Part shown: in pieces, positions 59,512 through 64,000 of the stretch
How positions within the stretch are numbered: position 1 is the first letter of the stretch
Layout of the letters: every line of letters starts with the position of its first letter
Assembly: GCA_013265495.1 (NCBI GenBank)
Contig: MU062317.1
Coordinates: 558,001 to 622,000, forward strand
Reading direction: 5' to 3'
DNA from: Vicugna vicugna
Lineage: Eukaryota
Length of the DNA stretch: 64,000 bases
Notes under the pieces: model-generated
Databases searched by the model: none
The model's input: only the letters and a program-made list of their open reading frames with translations
What the model was told of the DNA's origin: nothing
Program-made: the position numbers and the translations under genes

Positions 59512-59589
59512 GTGCGCATCCTCAACCACGTGACTTGGAAAATGATCACAGAGTTTGGGCATCCTGCAACCATTAATAATCCCAAAATA
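59512..59589 (+). CDS. WRAP73: WRAP73 exon 8 ([26 protein letters not shown])
   Basis: cccag acceptor after a 74-nt intron, gtaagt donor, 78 nt. Confidence 0.95.
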
Positions 59590-60734
59590 GTAAGTCTGGA
59601 AGGCATGTTTCTGTTCGTACAGTACTTGGGGAAGGAAGTAGAAAACTGCTTTTTCGCTTTACATTATTTATGGTGATACGGGTACTTACATCTCCGTAAA
59701 CTTGATCCTGTCACGTTTCACTGTGGGTCTGCACCAGTGGCCTTCGTTTCTCCTGCCACACTCCCAGCGGGTTCGATGTGGCGCCTGCCCTCCCTCTCAC
59801 GCTCCCACCCCCAGGGCTCATTCTGGACCTGCTCCTGCTCCCTGCGCTGTGACCACTGAGCATCTGCTGGGCCGCGGGCTGTGCCCTGGGCCAGCTGGAA
59901 AAGAGCAGGCAGACCTCCGGCCCGTGGAGGCTGGGCCGGGCCGGGAGGGCCAGATATCTTTCCGGGGTGGGTAGGGTGGCTGCCTGCCGAGGGGTCCTGG
60001 GGCCAACACCAGGAGGAGGTGAGGTGGGATCTAGGGAGGAGTTATTCAGGCAGCAGGAACAGGGGAGCAGAGGTCCTGAGGTGGGTAGGTGTGTCTGTTC
60101 ACTCAGCAGGCGCTGGCCTGGGTGCTGGGAGACAGAGACACAGACAGAAACCCTGGCCGAGGGGGATGAGGACAGACCCCCCAGCATCAGGGGGAAAGTG
60201 GGGGCAAGGACAGAAATCGCAGCCTTATGGGGACAGTAGGGATGAGGGCAGACACGCCGGCACTGGGGACAGCGGGGACATGGACAGACCCCCTGGTGAG
60301 TTGCCCGCAGGTGAGGGACCTGAGTAAGAGGCGGGGGTTGTCGTGAGGAGGAAGGCGGCGGGCGAGGGCTGCAGTATGGTCCCGGGTCAGCTGGGCATTG
60401 CGGGTGCGGGGAGTCTGTGAGTCGGTGGAGGTCCGGACTCAGGCGGTGACTGGACGGCCAGCTGAAGGTGCAGGGGAGGGACTCACAGGCGGCCGTCGGG
60501 GTGGGGCCGACCCCAGGCTTCTCAGGGTTCCCCGTGGCCCCCCACACCCTGCCCGCCTGTCCTTCCTGTCTGCTCTGGTCACTCCCTGTTCCACCTGTCA
60601 GCCATCTTCACACTTGTGCTGGACCACGGGCTGGCCTGCGGGAGGGACCAGAGGATGCTCGGGGCGTGGTGAGTGGGGTGGCATCCCGCCCCCCCCAGGA
60701 GCGGCCACACGTCCTGCCCACGTCTGTGTTGCAG

Positions 60735-60840
60735 GTGGTGTACAAGGAGGCGGAGAAGAGCCCCCCTCTGGGGCTGGGCCGCCTCGCCTTCCCGCCACCC
60801 AGAGCCGTGACTGGTCCCCTGTCATCCCCAGAGAGCAAAT
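60735..60840 (+). CDS. WRAP73: WRAP73 exon 9 ([11 protein letters not shown]...PESK)
   Basis: tgcag acceptor, gtaaga donor, 106 nt. Confidence 0.95.
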
Positions 60841-61452
60841 GTAAGAAGCGCAGCCCAGCGGGCGCCACCCTGCCCCCTTACCGCCCGGTTCCCGCAGGAG
60901 TCCTCTCCGTCCAGGTGGACTTTAGACAGTCTTTGTTTTTTTAAATGCTTTTCCTTCCCTGTGATGCCTGGTCAGCGTCCCCTCAGCCCTGAGCCAGCAG
61001 GCCACCCGAGCACTGTCTTGTTGACTGAACACAAGCTCTGGAAACCGGAACTGGACAGCTGGGACGCTGAGGGCGACTTTGTTTTAACGACGATGACATT
61101 TTGTCGGGTGAGCTGGGGCTCGGTGCAGCCGCACAGCTGTGCTGGGACCCCGCAGATTGCTCACGGTTCAGTTTCCTCGCCTGTAAGAGGGGCGTAATTA
61201 GGGTGTCAGAGGGGCTGCTGGAACGGCCGCCGGGTGTCTCCTGCCCGCCCGATGCAGCTCTGTCTCCCGGGCCTCATCTGTCCCGGCCAGGTTCCCACAG
61301 AGCCCTGCTTTCCCTGAAGTCCTGCCCCGAGCTCTTCCTGCCACATGTCTTGGTCACGCCCACGGGCGGTCAGGGCCCGCGGCTCCTCTCCCGCGCCTCC
61401 GGGCAGACCGCAGACCAAGGGGGCTCAGGGCACGCTCTCCTTTGACGCCTAG

Positions 61453-61578
61453 ATGAGATCGCCGAGGTGCCCGTGTCCCTGCAGACGCTGAAGCCTGCTG
61501 CCGACAGAGCCAACCCCCGGATTGGCGTCGGGGCGCTGGCCTTCAGTCCCGACAACTACTTCCTGGCGACGAGGAACG
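61453..61578 (+). CDS. WRAP73: WRAP73 exon 10 ([15 protein letters not shown]...FLATRN)
   Basis: cctag acceptor, gtcagt donor, 126 nt. Confidence 0.95.
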
Positions 61579-61970
61579 GTCAGTGGTGCGCCCCACATGA
61601 GTGCTGTGTCCTCTGCCCGCTGCTCGGGGGCCAAGGGTACAGCCAGCTTGGAAGGACAATCAGGCCTTGGGCCTCCCGCACACGTCCTGCTGCTGACGTG
61701 GTGGATGTCCCAGCGGCGGAAGCTTCCTGGGTCAGCTGGTCCTGTCAGAGCAGCAGCTCGGCTGCTCCGCCTCCCGGCCCTTGTCTCTCCCTTCTGCGGT
61801 CAAGAGCAGGGCTCTGGGTGCACTGAGAGGCCGAGGGGCATGACCCCCGCCTGCTGAGACCCTGGGTGGGGGTGGAGATGTCACTTGTCTGCTCAGTGTC
61901 CATCCTCAGGAGGGGATGGTGAGGGGCCGCGACGGGGCTGAACCGCGGCCTGTGCGGTCTCCCTCCTCAG

Positions 61971-62162
61971 ACAACCTCCCGAATGCCGTCTGGGTCTGGG
62001 ATGTGCAGAAGCTGCGGCTGTTTGCGGTGCTGGAGCAGCTGTCCGCCGTGCGCGCCTTCCAGTGGGACCCACGGCAGCCCCGGCTGGCCATCTGCACAGG
62101 GGGCAGCAAGGTGTACCTGTGGTCGCCGGCGGGCTGCGTGTCAGTGCAGGTGCCCGGGGAAG
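61971..62162 (+). CDS. WRAP73: WRAP73 exon 11 ([14 protein letters not shown]...VQVPGE)
   Basis: ctcag acceptor, gtgagc donor, 192 nt. Confidence 0.96.
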
Positions 62163-62399
62163 GTGAGCGCAGGTGGACCCCTGGCAGATGGCTTGTCCCC
62201 GCAGACCCAGCCTCCAGCTGGAGGTGGAGGCAGGGGGACACCTTCCGTAAACCTCAGGGTGGCCAGTGTGCACTTGAAACGGGCTGGCTGCGCTGAGCTC
62301 TGCAGGCTGGGAGGAGCCCATCTGTGGAACTTGGGGCTCCCACTGGCCTGACGCCCTGGCCCCTCTTGCTCTAACCTCTGGCTACCTGTCTTTCTTCAG

Positions 62400-62542
62400 G
62401 TGACTTCCAGGTGCTCTCCCTGTGCTGGCACTTAAGCGGGGACTCTCTGGCCCTCCTCGGTAAGGACCATTTCTGCCTGTGCTTCCTGGAGACAGAGGAG
62501 GGGGTCAGCACCGCCTTCGGGCAGCGGGGCGACCACACGTAG
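62400..62542 (+). CDS. WRAP73: WRAP73 exon 12 coding part ([12 protein letters not shown]...GQRGDHT*)
   Basis: ttcag acceptor, TAG at 62540-62542; the 12 exons sum to 1383 nt = 460 aa + stop. Confidence 0.96.
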
Positions 62543-62595
62543 GGCCCTGCGTGGACAGGCCCGTGTGGGTGGCGGTGGGAACCATGAGAAAGGAC

Positions 62596-62625
62596 CGTGG
62601 CTTCTCGTGGTTTCTCGTGGCTCCT
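62596..62625. repeat. 3 x 10-nt tandem repeat (cgtggYtYct) in the WRAP73 3'UTR
   Basis: cgtggcttct cgtggtttct cgtggctcct. Confidence 0.8.
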
Positions 62626-62674
62626 CAGGTCCAGAGGAAGTGATTTGCTCTTATTGTTTATAGCAAGGCATTTT

Positions 62675-62745
62675 TGTACATATGTATGGTATTATTTAAA
62701 TACATATTTGCTATTTCATAAAACGGCTAATGCTTTTCCTGAAAG
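62675..62745 (+). terminator. Probable WRAP73 polyadenylation region (non-canonical signals)
   Basis: TGTA at 62675 and 62683, AATACA at 62699-62704, CATAAA at 62717-62722, followed by T/GT-rich sequence; no AATAAA seen. Confidence 0.5.
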
Positions 62746-63559
62746 CTTTAGGTCACAGGAAAGTTTTCTAGGTCAGTTTTGAGTGTATGTCAGGAGAGGT
62801 GAGCAAGCCCCAGGCAGCTGTCACCCCACGGGATGCTGTTCAGCTCGGAGCCTCCGTCCTGTCACTGCACGTTTTGGGAGGATGGCCTGGGCGTCCTGTG
62901 GGGCCTGTTCTGGGGTCGGGGGCGGGCAGGGAGGTGTGCCACCAAGGGTAGGGGGTGCAGGTGCCGGGGCATCCCGGTCAGGGACAGTCCCCGGCCTGCT
63001 CAGTCAGCTCTGCAGGGAGTGTCCACCCAGAAAGACTGCAGGTGCTGCCCGCAAGCAGCCAGGGCCGAGGGCCGAGCCACACTTGTAGGCGAATGAGGAT
63101 TTGTCCCTCCCCCTCAGGACTGCTTTGTACCGCCCTCTGGTGTCTGTGAAGGGAGCTGCACCAGGCAAGTGCAGAACCCTCATTGTGCAGGCACACGCAC
63201 GCACACGCACCCCTGCAAGTTGACAGGGTTCAAAACTAGAGCAGGACAGCTCCCACTCTGAGATGCTGCACCTGCTGTAATAACTTTAAGAAAGGAACGA
63301 CACCCACTCAATTCTAAGTATCTTTACCACAAGACCAAAAGCAAGGCTCAGGACCCAGGCTGGGTGTGGAGGCTGCTTTTTGACAGGCCCCTGCGTCCAG
63401 GTCACGTCGTGCTGACTACAGCTACGCCAGGGTCATAAATCAGGAGCAGGGACCCGTGAGCCAGCACTAAAATCAGCAAAAGCTCCCAGGCACAGGGCTG
63501 GGCCGCGGACGGGGTGGGGGCGGCGAGCTGCGACTGCCCACAAGCTCGGGTCTGCGGGG

Positions 63560-64000
63560 AGTGGCGGGAACCAGGACAGGTCAGCTGCTGCATGAGGCCC
63601 TAATACGGTTCCTTTTTAAAAGTGCATCCTTTAAAAGCAAACTAAGCAATTCCCTTTTTAAATACGAATATGACGATACAAACTTAAAAGTTGTCAAAAT
63701 TGAGTGCAAAAGAACTTATCCATCTGACTTTCAAACTAATGACTGGTTTTAAAATGATTTTCTGCAAACCTTTTTGGGCCTGGGGAAGATACCGTGGGTA
63801 TTATTAATACAATGTAGATTAACTTTAGAAAAAGTGTGACTTTAGGTCAAACACGTGTTTACACAAAAGCAACTGCCTGTTCAGGAGCTGACAGGCAGAC
63901 TCTCTTGCTGAGCTCACGTCTGCTGGCTTCTTTCGTATTCGCTTGAAGAAGATGGATTAAATCTCAAGATACAAAATTTGACACCAACTGTAAACATTTG
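63560..64000 (-). other. AT-rich block, possibly the 3'UTR end of the convergent neighbour (TPRG1L in the syntenic human locus)
   Basis: Shift to AT-rich, UTR-like composition plus recalled synteny only; no coding sequence in the window. Confidence 0.3.

Noticed and set aside
1-64000. CRISPR arrays, rRNA, prokaryotic or viral operons, intact transposase or RT ORFs
   Set aside because: None seen; the sequence is mammalian intron/exon DNA and all mobile elements are short or degenerate.

Overview
GC-rich mammalian genomic DNA, probably from a camelid (inferred from the type of tRNA-derived SINE present). It contains the head-to-head TP73 / WRAP73 locus. TP73 is on the - strand and only its 5' part is here: non-coding exon 1 (~45569-45710), exon 2 (26139-26224), exon 3 (25642-25762), the internal DeltaNp73 exon 3' with its P2 promoter (~17151-17500) and exon 4 (2283-2525); exon 5 onward lies left of the window. 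WRAP73/WDR8 is on the + strand and complete: 12 coding exons, 48368-62542, 1383 nt = 460 aa + stop, all introns GT-AG. A CpG island (~45.05-48.7 kb) holds both promoters. Introns carry typical eutherian repeats (MIR, L1, MLT1, MER21, MER44, MER53, two tRNA-SINEs), and there is a 203-nt assembly gap at 5356-5558. No prokaryote-type system, CRISPR array or unknown protein-coding gene is supported; the long ORFs in the track look like GC-rich noise. The most interesting observations are regulatory: (1) a recent ~114-bp inverted duplication beside the gap; (2) a bidirectional poly(A)-signal cluster inserted into a MER53 hairpin element between the two promoters; (3) an overlapping uORF and a weakened (GAG) DeltaN' acceptor in exon 3'; (4) lineage-specific changes in the p73 N-termini. 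Comparisons with human sequence and repeat consensus names are from memory and need confirming by alignment.
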